A stretch of DNA of 64,000 nucleotides from Octopus sinensis (taxonomy: Eukaryota), in assembly GCF_006345805.1 (NCBI RefSeq), contig NC_043011.1, forward strand, positions 2,232,001 to 2,296,000, given 5' to 3'. Under the pieces are notes generated by a model. That model was not told the origin of the DNA, searched no databases, and saw only the letters and a list, made by a program, of their open reading frames with translations. Positions 1 to 12,339 of this stretch are shown piece after piece. How positions within the stretch are numbered: position 1 is the first letter of the stretch; every line of letters starts with the position of its first letter. Made by a program: the position numbers and the translations under genes.

Positions 1-904
1 TAAATTTTGCTCCACTGTGTGTTAGAAGTTGATGAACTAATGAGAACCAATGAAAATTATTCTATAATCGACATTTAATTGATTGCTACATGTCATCTTG
101 GTGCAGACACTGCTGTGTGATAAAGAGGTTTACTTCATGATTACCTTGGCTCAGTATATTTCTAAAGAGAACTATACTACATATCACAGCAAGAAAGATA
201 TTCATTGGATTCCATATCTTGCTTTCAAGGGAGTTACAGCTTTGCCCAAGGGATTTATCAAATACACATTTTCTCTTCAATTCTGTTCTGTGTCTATTGT
301 CTGCATTAGGAAGGATGCCTGCCAAAATTATGCTACCTTAAGTGTATTCACACAACATATGCATGAACATGTTGATTATATAGATATATTGCAGCTTAGT
401 TTCATAATGTGGAGGATATTGAAGAATGATACATCATTGTGATGAACCAAATTACAATAATATCCAAGACATCCAAACACACAGACAGTGAGTGTATGTG
501 TGTGAAAGTGAGAGACTAACTGTGTGGTTAAGAAGTTTGTTTCCCAGTCATGTGGTTTGGGATTCAATTCCACTGCAAGGCACTTTGGGCAAGTATCTTC
601 TACTACAAAAAAAAATGAAAAAGTTCTGGGGTCTATTGATTTGACAAAAAAATCCTTCTAATGACTGAAACAAGTGAAAGAAAAAAAACAACTAAGAAAG
701 AGCAATGATAAAAAGATATAGCTTCAAGCTCACCAAATTCCATAAAATCCTTAGCTGTAAGTTCTGTGTTGTGCCTTGGAATACCAACAGGTGAGTGAAA
801 ATCATCCTACAGATAAATGCTTTGAAAGGAAAGGCAAGAGATGTTTATTTTAGCAACTGCAAGTGACTACTTGGGTTGAAAGTTGTGTAGGTCTTGTATG
901 TGAT

Positions 905-1227
905 ATTTGGTGCCGGTGGCACGTAAAAAGCACCATCCGATCGTGGCTATTGCCAGCCTTGCCTGACCTCCGTGCCAGTGGCACATAAAAAGGACCATCC
1001 GATCGGAGCCATTTGCCAGCTTCGTCTGGCACCTGTGCCGGTGGCACGTAAAAAGCATCCACTACACTCACAGAGTGGTTGGCGTTAGGAAGGGCATCCA
1101 GCCGTAGAAACACTGCCAGATCAGACTGGGCCTGGTGCAGCCTTCTGGCTTCCCAGACCCCAGTTGAACCGTTCAACCCATGCTAGCATGGAAAGCGGAC
1201 GTTAAACGATGATGATGATGATGATGA
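905..1227 (+). mobile_element. SINE-like repeat family B ((GAT)n tail)
   Basis: Ends ...ggaagggcatccagccgtagaaac...ccatgctagcatggaaagcggacgttaaac(gat)n. Three internal ~62-bp repeats carry gtgccggtggcacgtaaaaagca. Related copies or fragments at 12340-12700, 15697-15830, 31322-31625(-), 35975-36085, 45805-45990, 48865-48920 and degenerate ones at 1860-2070, 25930-26150, 55110-55290, 60250-60450. Confidence 0.85.
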
Positions 1228-1620
1228 ATCTTAACATCATGTGCATGAAAAAGTTATATTACGGTACATTTGAAATTGCCTAATGAGTGATAGGCAGTCC
1301 CTAGCCATATTTGTAGAAATGTCTAGTTTGAAAGGCAGATTAAACAAGGTTATTCTTTTGTATTCTAACTTTAGTTTCAGTTGCAGTGATCTTCCGTATA
1401 TACTAATTTCTCGTTGAAGTCACTTCTTATTTAACTCCTCATTGTAATGGAGTGTGACTCTATCAGGGGTATTTTACCTAGGGACAGATTAGTGATTCTT
1501 CTATTGATGCCAGCCACTAAATTCATGATTATTACAAGTTGATAGAATTCCAAGGGATATGTTAGGAATAGAGTATTCTCACTAGCAGCTTATAGGATGT
1601 AATTTTCAAGAGGTTAATAC

Positions 1621-1844
1621 CTATTTCTTTACTACCCACAAGGGGCTAAACACAGAGGACAAACAAGGACAGACAAACGGATTAAGTTGATTACATCGAC
1701 CCCAGTGAATAACTGGTGCTTATTTAATTGACCCTGAAAGGATGAAAGGCAAAGTCGACCTTGGCGGAATTTGAACTCAGAACATAGCGGCAGATGAAAT
1801 ACCGCTAAGCACTCTGCCCGACGTGCTAACGTTTCTACCAGCTC
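1621..1844 (-). mobile_element. tRNA-headed SINE family C with 9-bp TSD
   Basis: Minus strand begins gagctggtagaaacgttagcacgtcggg (A box) ... gagttcaaattcc (B box), then gcctttcatcctttcagggtc...aaataagcaccag, resembling a conserved central SINE domain (Meta-like; inference). TSD ggttaatac at 1612-1620 and 1845-1853. Confidence 0.85.
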
Positions 1845-2964
1845 GGTTAATACATAAATGTCATCATCATAATCAGCAGCATTATCTTCATTTTATGTTT
1901 TGTTTTACATGATGGCATGGATTAGATGGGCAATAAGCTCTGAGGGATCAAAGAACCATATCTGGCATGATTTCAATTGCTGGGTACTCTTCTTGGCACC
2001 AACCACTTCACTGAGTGTCCGGGATGCATTTTTGTGGTTCCAACCTTATAGAAGTTGACTTGCATTTGGCAGGACTAAAGAACCCACTTAAGCCGTGCAC
2101 TGTAGCTGTTCAATTCGATTTACCAACAATTTACGTAGCGTCCTGGATTCTTTTTTCATGACACTGGGGCGGAGTCACTTAGTAGCTTGTGAGGTAAAAA
2201 TAGACAGAAAGAGTAGAAATTGAAGTTTGATGGAAGAAACAGATTTATTGCCGTGAGAGAGTGGTTATGAAGCAAGTAACAGAATGAATAGTGTTGGTAG
2301 CATAAAGAAGGAGAATGAAAAGGAAGGGGGGAAAATAATATCAGGGATTAGTGTGAAGGGGGGGATGTTCAGTAAGGAGCACATCCTCCTTTATAGAGTG
2401 ATTTGCGTAGTGCAGTGATAGGGGGGAGTCGAATTTATGGTGTAGAAAAGCTCCCCCACATTGCATTTCATCATCATCATTTGACCTCGTTTTCCATGGT
2501 CTGGATGGTCTGTAAAGATCCAAATCAGTTCTCATTGGAGTTACACAAGTTTATTGTTGAGAAGAGGAGGTTGGGGTGACTAACAGGGATAGTGTGAAGG
2601 AAGGGTGGAAAAAGGAAGGAAAGGTAAAGTAGTGTCGGAGAATCAGAAGCTAATGTGGTGGGGTTGCATAGACGGAATGTCAGTGCTGCACCATGGTAAA
2701 TAGGGATTGGTCGAATTATGCATACAGGAGAGATGAGATGATGAGAATAAGGAAGAGGAGAGATATAGTCTCGAGGTAACATGTCTAAGATGTGACAAAA
2801 GAATTGAGAAGGTTGGGTAGAAGTTGCCCAAGTGCAATCTCTCCCTACCCAAGCATCATGATTTGAATGCTTCAGTGCACTTCCTTCATCAGATGTAATA
2901 ATTTCAGATAATCTTTCATCACCTCCTGCTAAATCTTCCTTGATCTCCTTATTCTACAAATATC

Positions 2965-3191
2965 TGTTTCTTTATTACCCACAAAGGGTTAAACACAGAG
3001 GGGACAAACAAGGAGAGACAAACGGATTAAGTTGCTTACATCGACCCCCAGTGCATAACTGGTACTTAATTTATCGACCCCGAAAGGATGAAAGGCAAAG
3101 TCGACCTCGGTGGAGTTTGAACTCAGAATGTAATGGCAGACGAAATACAGCTACGCATTTCGCCCGGCATGCTAGCGTTTCTGCCAACTCG
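2965..3191 (-). mobile_element. tRNA-headed SINE family C with 18-bp TSD
   Basis: Homologous to 1621-1844. Flanked by ccttatt(c/c)(t/c)acaaatatc at 2947-2964 and 3192-3209, with one mismatch. Confidence 0.85.
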
Positions 3192-4752
3192 CCTTATTCC
3201 ACAAATATCATTCACTTTGAGCTCTTAGCATCGATTGTGAGGCTCGAAATATCCTTTTGTGTCACGTGTCTACAACATCACATTCTGTTCTGTTTATACT
3301 TTTCTGCTCAAGCACACTAGCATGGCACATGCTTTATAAATACACACACGCGCAGAAATACATACGTGCTTTATAAATACACACATATATGCTTATGCAT
3401 AAATACACACATATATGCGTATGCATAGATACACACATATATGCATATGCATATACTGATACCTATGCTTTTATATATGTATACATTTACTCCACATCTG
3501 TCTATCAAAGCAAATCAAAATCAGACACACACACACACACACACATACATACGTATGTATGCACATACATATGTACACACATGCATACAAAATTGTTAAA
3601 ATATCATATATACACTTCTTTGAACAGCATGCTATAACATTCCTAACAGTTCACCCCAACCATTTCCATCATCTCCTTCAAAAATATATTCCACATAAAT
3701 TTTTTAAACTCTTTTACTCCATATGTTAATTCTTGAAGGAAAATACACACAATATTTCCATTTATTTTATTTTAATTTTTTTTTTGTGATTTGTCTTTTC
3801 TTCTTTTACTTTTTTTTTTTCCTCTAATAAAAACTCTACATAAACATTAACACTAAAAATAATATCAAATGACCAGCTCATAGTTTCGGTCATATTTTTT
3901 TCCGAAAACGACTCTTTGAATTATGGCTTCCTCATTTTGTTGACCAAGACTAACTCATCCTAGACATCTACGCACAAACACAAAATGGAATATGTTCATT
4001 ATATCATTATAGACACACACAAATGCACCTTCTCTCTGACATACACATACACATGCATATCAACACCATAAATTTGCTTCCATTTTAGATCTGATTGTTC
4101 AAACAGTTTTAACTCTCTAATTCTCGTCTTTATTACCCACCATACTTAGAACACATTTAGCAGTCTGCATGACAAGGTTACTCCTATTTTTCATCCCTAT
4201 AGGCTAAAATTTTATCTTTATCATTATAGTTTCAATTAGGAACTCATAGTAAAACAGATTTCTTAAAATATCAATAGAATATGTATAATTAGATCTTCAT
4301 CACATGTAGGTGCAGGAGTGGCTGTGTGGTAAGTAGCTTGTTTACCAACCACATGGTTCCAGGTTCAGTCCCACTGCATGGCACCTTGGGCAAGTGTCTT
4401 CTACTATAGCCTTGGGCTGACCAAAGCCTTGTGAGTGGATTTGGTAGACGGAAACTGAAAAAAGCCTGTCGTATATATGTATATATATATATAAAATCAA
4501 CTAATAAGGGTGAGAAAATTGGATACTTATTTAATAGTACATCCATTTAACACCAAGTGGCTTAGTGCATAAAAAACCCGGATTACGATAAATTTTATAC
4601 ATAAATATAAGAGAGTAACCACCATGTTGTCTATTCTAGCACTAAAAATAGATCTGCTAGGTTTCAGCCACAAAAGAATTGTTTCCGATGAAAGTTAGCA
4701 CGACTACTAGCACAAACGAACAGGGCAAATAAACATAACAAAAATGCAGATT

Positions 4753-4833
4753 AGTTCAGGACAATTGTTTCGCTATTAATAAATTATGTAATTTTACTCA
4801 CATAGCATATATCTGCAGCTCTTCAGCCAAACC
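4753..4833 (-). ncRNA. Type I hammerhead ribozyme, copy 1 (GUC site)
   Basis: Stem I GGUUUGG (4833-4827) / CUGAACU (4759-4753). Core CUGAAGA (4826-4820). Stem II GCUG/UAGC with a 40-nt loop. GAA (4771-4769). Stem III ACAAUUGU (self-complementary, 4768-4761). C17 at 4760. All core nucleotides are canonical. Confidence 0.8.
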
Positions 4834-5259
4834 CGTCCAGAATACAATTTACTCGACCGCACGCTAGATTTCACCATAACGATAAACACACGTGCGGTCC
4901 AGTCGATTGCATTCGCTGTTACAATTCAAGTGCCCCTGCCAAGGCCCGCCAAAATTCACGGAAACAGATTCTACATCCAAAATTAAATGTAGCATAATTA
5001 CAATCAACTGATAAGGGTGAGAAAATTGGATACTAATTTAATAGTACATCCATTTAACACCAAGTGGCTTAGTGCATAAAAACCCCGGATTACGATAAAT
5101 TTTATACATAAATATAAGAAAGTAACCACCATATTGTCTACTCTAGCACTAAAAATAGATCCGCTAGGTTTCAGCCACAAAAGAATTGTTTCCGATGAAA
5201 GTTAGCACGACTACTAGCGCAAACGAACAGGGCAAATAAACATAACAAAAATGCAGATT

Positions 5260-5340
5260 AGTTCAGGACAATTGTTTCGCTATTAATAAATTATGTAATT
5301 TTACTCACATAGCATATATCTGCAGCTCTTCAGCCAAACC
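5260..5340 (-). ncRNA. Type I hammerhead ribozyme, copy 2 (GUC site)
   Basis: Identical sequence to 4753-4833, shifted by 507 bp. Predicted cleavage between 5267 and 5266. Confidence 0.8.
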
Positions 5341-5834
5341 CGTCCAGAATACAATTTACTCGACCGCACGCTAGATTTCACCATAACGATAAACACACGT
5401 GCAGTCCAGTCGATTGCATTCGCTGTTATAATTCAAGTGCCCCTGCCACGGCCCGCCAAAATTCACGGAAACAGATACTACATCCAAAATTAAATGTAGC
5501 ATAATTACAATCAACTAATAAGGGTGAGAAAATTGGATACTAATTTAATATATATATATATATATATATATGATTGTGTGTCTGTGTTTGTCCTCCTAGC
5601 ATTGCTTGACAACCGATGCTGGTGTGTTTATGTCCCCGTCACTTAGCAGTTCGGCAAATGAGGCCGATAGAATAAGTACTGGGCTTACAAAGAATAAGTC
5701 CCGGGGTTGAGTTGCTCAATTAAAGGCGGTGCTTCAGCATGGCCACAGTCAAATGACTGAAACAAGTAAAAGAGTAAAGAGAGAGAGTAGTTTTCATAAA
5801 TGTTTTAATTAATGTTTAATATGAATCCATATCT

Positions 5835-6200
5835 TTTATCTTTTACTTGTTTCAATAATTGAAGTGAGACCATGCTGGAGCATCACCTTGGATGAATCAG
5901 CCACAGTGCTTATTTTCTTTAAGCCTGATACTTATTTGATCTGTCGGTTTTACCTATATGGGAATGTAAACAAACCAACACTGGCTGTCAAGCTGTGTGT
6001 GGTGGGTAGAAACACAAAGACGTATTCATATACAAACATATATATAGATATATGACAAGCTTCTTTCAGTTTCCGTCTGCAAATCCACTTGCAAGGCTTT
6101 TGTTGGCCTGCAGCTCTAATAGAAGATACTTGCTCAAGATGCCTCACAGTGGAACTGAACTCAGAACCATGTGGTTGGAAAACGAACATTTTAGCATATG
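5835..6200 (-). mobile_element. SINE family A, older diverged copy
   Basis: Reverse complement of the family A tail (cttttacttgtttca...gaccatgctggagcatcacc) and head (gcttctttcagtttccgtc...ggaactgaactcagaaccatgtgg). Confidence 0.75.
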
Positions 6201-6884
6201 GTCACCTCTGCACCTATATACATAAAATGATATTGTTTTTTGGAATGGGTGATCTTGAAGACAATATCAACATGTATGTATGTATGTATGCATGTATGTA
6301 TATATGTATGTATGCATGCATGCATGTATGCATGTATATGTGTAATAATAAGTGAAGAATGGAGTTTATGGTATTATATTTATTCCATGGTTTACAATTG
6401 TTTCAACAATTTGCAGATGACCAATCATGCAACATATCTATTGACATGAATAGTAACAATGATTTAGTCATATTATATAGTATATATTACATAATAGCAT
6501 CAGAATTTATTTACTGCAGAACTGATTCGATAAAAATAATACACAAAACACTTTGGTCTCCACATACAGAAGAAAAATGAAAAATTGTGCTTTTAAAAAC
6601 TTAGAATGTCAGCAAGGAGGTAGTCAGTTGCTTGTATTTATTGATATTATAATTAGGTGGGAATCACTTTATTCACAGCAGATTTAAGTCTGCTTAAAGT
6701 CTGCCTATTTAAAGTGCTGGCACAGAGACAAACTTAATCTATAAAAAGTTTGTACAATCAAAATAGTATCAAGTTACATTTTTGGTTGCTGTTAAAATTT
6801 GTTACATCTAAATGGCAGACATATTGACTATAGGTTGGAAGTTGCAAGATTTATTGCTTCAACTTATATATGTTTATATATATC

Positions 6885-6886
6885 TA

Positions 6887-6933
<47 letters not shown>

Positions 6934-6961
6934 ATCTATCTATCTATCTATCTATCTATCC

Positions 6962-7003
<42 letters not shown>

Positions 7004-7041
7004 ATATATATATATATGTATATAGATAGATAGATAGGTAC

Positions 7042-7092
<51 letters not shown>

Positions 7093-7239
7093 TGTATACA
7101 TACACACACGCACATGCCCCCACACACAAATACATACTCATACAGATAGACAGAGTAAGTCACATACATTCATATAGGCTATACAATAATAAATATATAC
7201 ACACACATCAAGCATAATACATACATACATGTATACATA

Positions 7240-7289
<50 letters not shown>

Positions 7290-7306
7290 GATAGATAGAT
7301 AGGTAC

Positions 7307-7357
<51 letters not shown>

Positions 7358-7504
7358 TGTATACATACACACACGCACATGCCCCCACACACAAATACAT
7401 ACTCATACAGATAGACAGAGTAAGTCACATACATTCATATAGGCTATACAATAATAAATATATACACACACATCAAGCATAATACATACATACATGTATA
7501 CATA

Positions 7505-7566
<62 letters not shown>

Positions 7567-7575
7567 TATATATAT
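6885..7575. repeat. (TATC)n/(GATA)n/(TA)n microsatellite cluster containing a 265-bp near-identical tandem duplication
   Basis: gtatacatacacacacgcacatgccccc...catatgcatata occurs at 7094 and 7359. Confidence 0.9.
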
Positions 7576-8117
7576 ATGAATAAATAAATGGAGTTTAACG
7601 CAGGTGTAAATCAACCGCTTTACTTGTGAGATTTTTGCTACCCTGGTAACTATTTATTTATTTTTTCCGTGTTAATTGTTAAAAAAGTAAAAATACACTC
7701 ATCTATTTATATATATTTCTCTTCCTGAGCGCTATACTAATACATTTGTTTGTTTGTACTCCACCTGCCTTCATCTTTTGTTTATTTTCGTAAACTTTCC
7801 CGTTATATATATATATCTGTGTGTGTGCAGGTACAAACATATACACATATATTTATATACACATATAAAATATGGATACACACATGCATATAAATATACA
7901 CTCATGAACACTAGCATATTTTAATATGTGTCTGTAATGACCCAAACTCACATAGATATTTATGTCTTCATGTGCATGATGAACCACATAGCTGCATGCA
8001 CATATTTATAAACACATTTATAAGCTCAAAAACATTTTTCATTTCTTAGTTTAATATTCTTAGGTGGAACATTTGTGGTGCACCTGAGCACTAATTACAA
8101 TGAGTTCATTATTATTA

Positions 8118-8440
8118 AAGACTCCGCCGGTTACGACGACGAGGGTCCCAGCTGATACGATCAACGGAACAGCTTGCTCGTGAAATTAACGTGCAAATGG
8201 CTGAGCATTCCACAGACACGTGTACCCTTAACGTAGTTCTCGGGGATAATCAGCGTGACACAGAGAGTGACAAGGCTGACCCTTTGAAATACAAGTACAA
8301 CTCATTTTTGCCAGCTGAGTGGACTGGAGCAACGTGAAATAAAGTGTCTTGCTCAAGGACACAACGCGTCGCCGGGAATCGAACTCACAACCTTACGATC
8401 ATGAGCCGAATGCCCTAACCACTAAGCCACGCGCCCTCAC
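8118..8440 (-). mobile_element. tRNA-headed SINE family D with 12-bp TSD
   Basis: Minus strand: gtgagggcgcgtggcttagtggttagggc (A box), gagttcgattcc (B box), gtgtccttgagcaagacac, tail gggaccctcgtcgtcgtaaccggcggagt. TSD tcattattatta at 8106-8117 and 8441-8452. A tail fragment of the same family lies at about 41775-41830(+). Confidence 0.85.
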
Positions 8441-8954
8441 TCATTATTATTAGTTGATGTCTGGTGACACAGAACCATCAGATATTCCAAAGCAGCAGTG
8501 TTTCCAGTTATTTAGGCCTCATGAACCAGGTTGCATAATAGGAGAGCTATATTTTTTAATATTTTCCCTGGAATTTATAGATGCATGCTATAAGTGGCCT
8601 ATAATGATTGTTTATTAAATCTAACCTACGATCCAGGATCCCCTTCGCTTCTGCCAAGCATAAGTTGCACCTCTTTCCACCACCATCATATGGAAAAGCA
8701 GTTTGTGTCACTGACTGGGAAATGAATAATTAATAGTCTTGTCATTCAATTTCTATGCTGTTACAGCTTAGTAAGTCTTATGTTCTTTCGTACTATTCCA
8801 ACAGGAATTATGATTCTTTCACCTTGACTTAAACTTATACACTATTGCACCAAACATGGAAAATGGATGTAAAACGATAATGGTGATAATTATATAAATA
8901 TATATATGTGTGTGTGTGTGTATGCGTGTGTGTGTGTATATATATACACACATA

Positions 8955-9016
<62 letters not shown>

Positions 9017-9834
9017 ATATGCTTGTATGTGTATGCATGGTGGTATATGTGTAATTGTGTGGGGTATGTATCTGTGAATATGTATAAATGTTGGTTGATA
9101 TGTGATATCAACACATTGACACTTCTTATTGGCATAAAGTGTGTTTTCTCTACATTTTCAAAGATTTATGAAATAAAAATCCCATACTTGAAAATAGGCA
9201 TCATCAAAACACAAATTTTTAAACATAACAGAAAAAGAGGATTTTTATTGTGTGCATAGGGTTAAATATACATTTAATAAATTGAAATAAATTGAAATGA
9301 ATATAATTAAATTGATACTGAGTGAATAATACAGCTATACATAGGAATAATTATTAAAGCTAAATATACTTTCATTATTTTTTAATAGTTTTAATTAAAG
9401 TATTAAACACCTTGTATTTGCTACCTAATAATTGTACCTCTAAACTATCAATTAAATTGATGAATAATGCAGGAACTCAAACCATCAACTAATATATCTC
9501 AATAAATTATACTATTAATAAGAGGGAGAGGGATTTCTTATCTATTCATAAAGTTTGAAAAATTATATTTATTGAATTTAAATAAATTTTAATCTAAATA
9601 AACACTGCATGAATAATACAATACCTAAGTTCCTAAAGTCTAGTATGTTTTCTTTGTAATTAAATAAATTTAGATAAAAATAGACACAGTGTACATACAT
9701 TAAATAGGCAAGTATAGGTATGAACCTAAACTATCGAGTAATATATCTAAATAAATAATTTATATAGTAAATGATATAAATATAATATATCTAAAAAAAA
9801 TAATTTATTTCAGTAAATAATTTACATTAGTAAC

Positions 9835-10670
9835 AAGAAACAACTTGACCACTTGCTGTCCAAGATCCTAGATGAGCCAATATCAAGCCTGTCTCCTTGC
9901 CTAGTGAGAAGGTAAACAACCTGGCTTATATTCTCACCAGACTCATTAGTAATTAGGTGGCTAGCTGGCTTTCTAAAGTTAGTGCTGCAAATCATAAGAT
10001 CATTTGCATCACAGAACTCAAGTAGCCTTCTACCTTTCCCCTTCTTGGTGCCAAAGCCAGAACTACCATGTAGACAATGGAATCCATGAGAATGCTGTCC
10101 AACATGTTCATTAAAGTCACTGGCCACATTAACAAAGTCTCTGTCGTTTGTCATTGACGGAGTCTGTAAAAGGACCTTATGGAATTGGTCCTTCAGATCA
10201 TCAGCCAATCCAGCCTTTGAAGCATATGCAGAGATAAATGTAATTGTTAATCCATCTAGAATAAGTTTCAACTTAAGAACCCTATCACACACTCTGACTA
10301 CCTCAATTGTGGAGGCACATCGCCTAGTGGTTAGAGCAGCAGACTTGCGGTCAAGGGATCGTGGGTTCGAATCTCTGACCGGGCAATGTGTGTGTTTATG
10401 AGTGAAACACCTAAGCTCCATGCGGCTCTGGCAGAAGGTAATGGCGAACTTCTGCTGACTCTTTCACTACAACTTTCTCTCACTCTTGCAGCTCACCTGC
10501 GATGGACTGGCGTCCCATCCAGGTGGGGGAACCTATACGCCAAGGAACCGGGAAACCGGCCCTTATGAGCCAGGCATGGCTTGAGAAGGAACAAACAAAA
10601 CTACCTCAATTGCCTTGTCTATCCACATTTCCACTAAGTGTATACCTACAACACCCACTCCATCACTATC
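9835..10670 (-). pseudogene. RTE-clade LINE fragment, apurinic endonuclease domain, interrupted by a SINE
   Basis: Reads ...GVVGIHLVEMWIDKAIEV|VRVCDRVLKLKLILDGLTITFISAYA...SDFNEHVG...GFG...RLLEFCDANDLMICSTNFRKPASHLIT...VVYLL. These are typical RTE APE motifs (SAYA, xDFNxHVG, NxxFxK, xxYxL). The two parts join after removing 10310-10612. Confidence 0.85.
10310..10599 (+). mobile_element. tRNA-headed SINE family E (V-domain-like core) with 13-bp TSD
   Basis: tggaggcacatcgcctagtggttagagc (A box), gggttcgaatctc (B box), cctgcgatggactggcgtcccatccagg (resembles the V-SINE core; inference). TSD actacctcaattg at 10297-10309 and 10600-10612. Confidence 0.85.
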
Positions 10671-12339
10671 ACATAGATGCATACATAAACATACACACAC
10701 ATATATATAGTCAATTCAAATAAATGAATAGTAAAATTAACAGACAACAGGACATGTACAAGGGATGTATCGGTTTGATGCTGTACACACACACATGCGG
10801 AGAAAGAGAGATTCACACAGAACATTCAGTAAATAGACATAAAGTTTCAGGTTGAGAAAGATGGATATAAAATTCTTATTCTTAACTGATAGCTTCATAA
10901 TTATCTTTGCACACTTTTGTATGGAGGCTTCCTTTCATCTGATGATATATTCTTATCATCATATCATATGGTATGAACATTTTACTGCAAGGGCAATGAC
11001 TGAATTTAGAAGTCTTCCTAAAGATATGCATAATCACATACACACACAGACGCACACACACATGCACACTCACCACATATACACTCACACACACACACAC
11101 ACACACAGTTCTGTATTAGTACATAGTTAAACTGATACAGCTCATATACATAGATATTTTCTTCAAGGTTTTCTCTTTGTATCTGGTTATAATCGCCTTC
11201 TTACCTATAATATAAAGTCAATCTTAAAGTCTTTTTGCAGCCCTGGGAAACCATTTCTATGAGCAGGAGAATGCTATGTTTAAAATGACTTAGATTATTT
11301 CTGTGATATAACTTTTTCATGCTAGGTATATTTTCTTGATGGTGGATATTTCTTTATAAAACTATTTCTCACTAACAAATGTGACTACTGAAACTGGAGA
11401 TATGAAAATCAACAGACTTAAGTGTTCTGTACATTAGATTGTAGACATAAATGTTTGGTTTCTTTATGCTCTATGCTGATTGAAAATATAGTTGGATAAG
11501 AAAGTGAGTTTATGTTTTTCAGTTTCCTTTTTAGTGAATAGCAGAATGAAACAATCACAGGAACCAGTTTTAAGTTGAATTTAATGTTAATAAATATAAA
11601 AATGGATATTGATAAACAGTGGACTTATTTCGTTTCCGAAGAATCTTTCTCCCAACGTACTTTGGATTGCTGATTTGGAGAAAATTATGTGTTGAGTGTC
11701 ACATATAAGTATAATGTTGTGTCATGAGAAAGTAACTCATTGTATGACATAGTTAAGATTTTGGACAAAAGCTCTGCAACATAACAGCTTAATAGTCGTC
11801 AAATGCAAAATGAAAAGCTCTGCAACATACAAGTATTTTTGTAGCTGAATACTGGTCAAATGCAAAATCCCTTTTTGTTGATCATGATTCTGAATGTGAA
11901 ACTGAGATATTTATGCATTGCCAAATGACATTGATGGTCTGCACGAAAGGATATGAGCTGGTCTCAGCCAGTGATCAAAACCATATGTTAAATTAGGAGC
12001 CAACATAAGCAGACTGTGTTTGTGTGACCTATGAGCTATAGGAGGAAAATATCCCACGAATCATTCCCTACCACTTTTGAAAATGGATACGATAAAATAG
12101 TCCAGATATTATAATATCTGAAGAAAATAAGACGATTATGGCTAGAATACCTTTTATGAATTGGAGATTACATGGGGCAAACAGCTATAACAAGCCAGAT
12201 TTGATTCACTAGAGATCATTTGTTGTTTAGTTCAAGGTCATACCTGCTTAAACAAAGTTATGACCAAAGACATTGCACTGTTGACCATCCTTGCTGTTTT
12301 GTATATCAAGTTTACTGTCTAATATATCCATCTTATCAC

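Larger units (their letters stand above)
4495..5550 (-). mobile_element. ORF-less tandem 507-bp unit (2 full copies + ~42-bp third), each carrying a hammerhead ribozyme; retrozyme-like
   Basis: aatcaact(a/g)ataagggtgagaaaattggatac recurs at 4495, 5002 and 5509 (period 507). About a dozen substitutions separate the copies by manual count. No supplied ORF falls inside it. Flanked by (TA)n. Confidence 0.85.
4308..5787 (+). mobile_element. tRNA-headed SINE family A, split by a 1.05-kb insertion in its internal (TA)n tract
   Basis: Head aggtgcaggagtggctgtgtggtaag...ggttcagtcc...accttgggcaagtgtc at 4308-4490. Tail ...ggcggtgcttcagcatggccacagtcaaatgactgaaacaagtaaaaga at 5570-5787. The intervening 4495-5550 is absent from all other family A copies in the window. 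Confidence 0.9.

Noticed and set aside
2520-2850. Additional RTE 3' relic on plus
   Set aside because: Only vague similarity; too degraded to support.
2860-2895. CUGAUGA on the minus strand as a hammerhead
   Set aside because: No GAAA after a closing stem II.
4495-5550. CRISPR array or satellite interpretation of the 507-bp repeats
   Set aside because: No repeat-spacer structure, eukaryotic context, and only two units with an embedded ribozyme fold.
7655-7710. Hammerhead-like UAGAUGA-GUGU...ACAC-GGAAA on minus
   Set aside because: Core C3/U4 are wrong, there is an extra G, and stems I and III cannot be formed.
8360-8440. tRNA genes at the tRNA-like heads (also 10310-10385, 18718-18786 and family A/C heads)
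   Set aside because: A/B boxes are present, but no complete cloverleaf or acceptor stem. Each runs into a repeat body, usually with a TSD: SINE heads.
9270-9830. Very AT-rich block as a mitochondrial insertion
   Set aside because: No mitochondrial ORF, rRNA or tRNA motif could be recognised in the part I translated with the invertebrate mitochondrial code.
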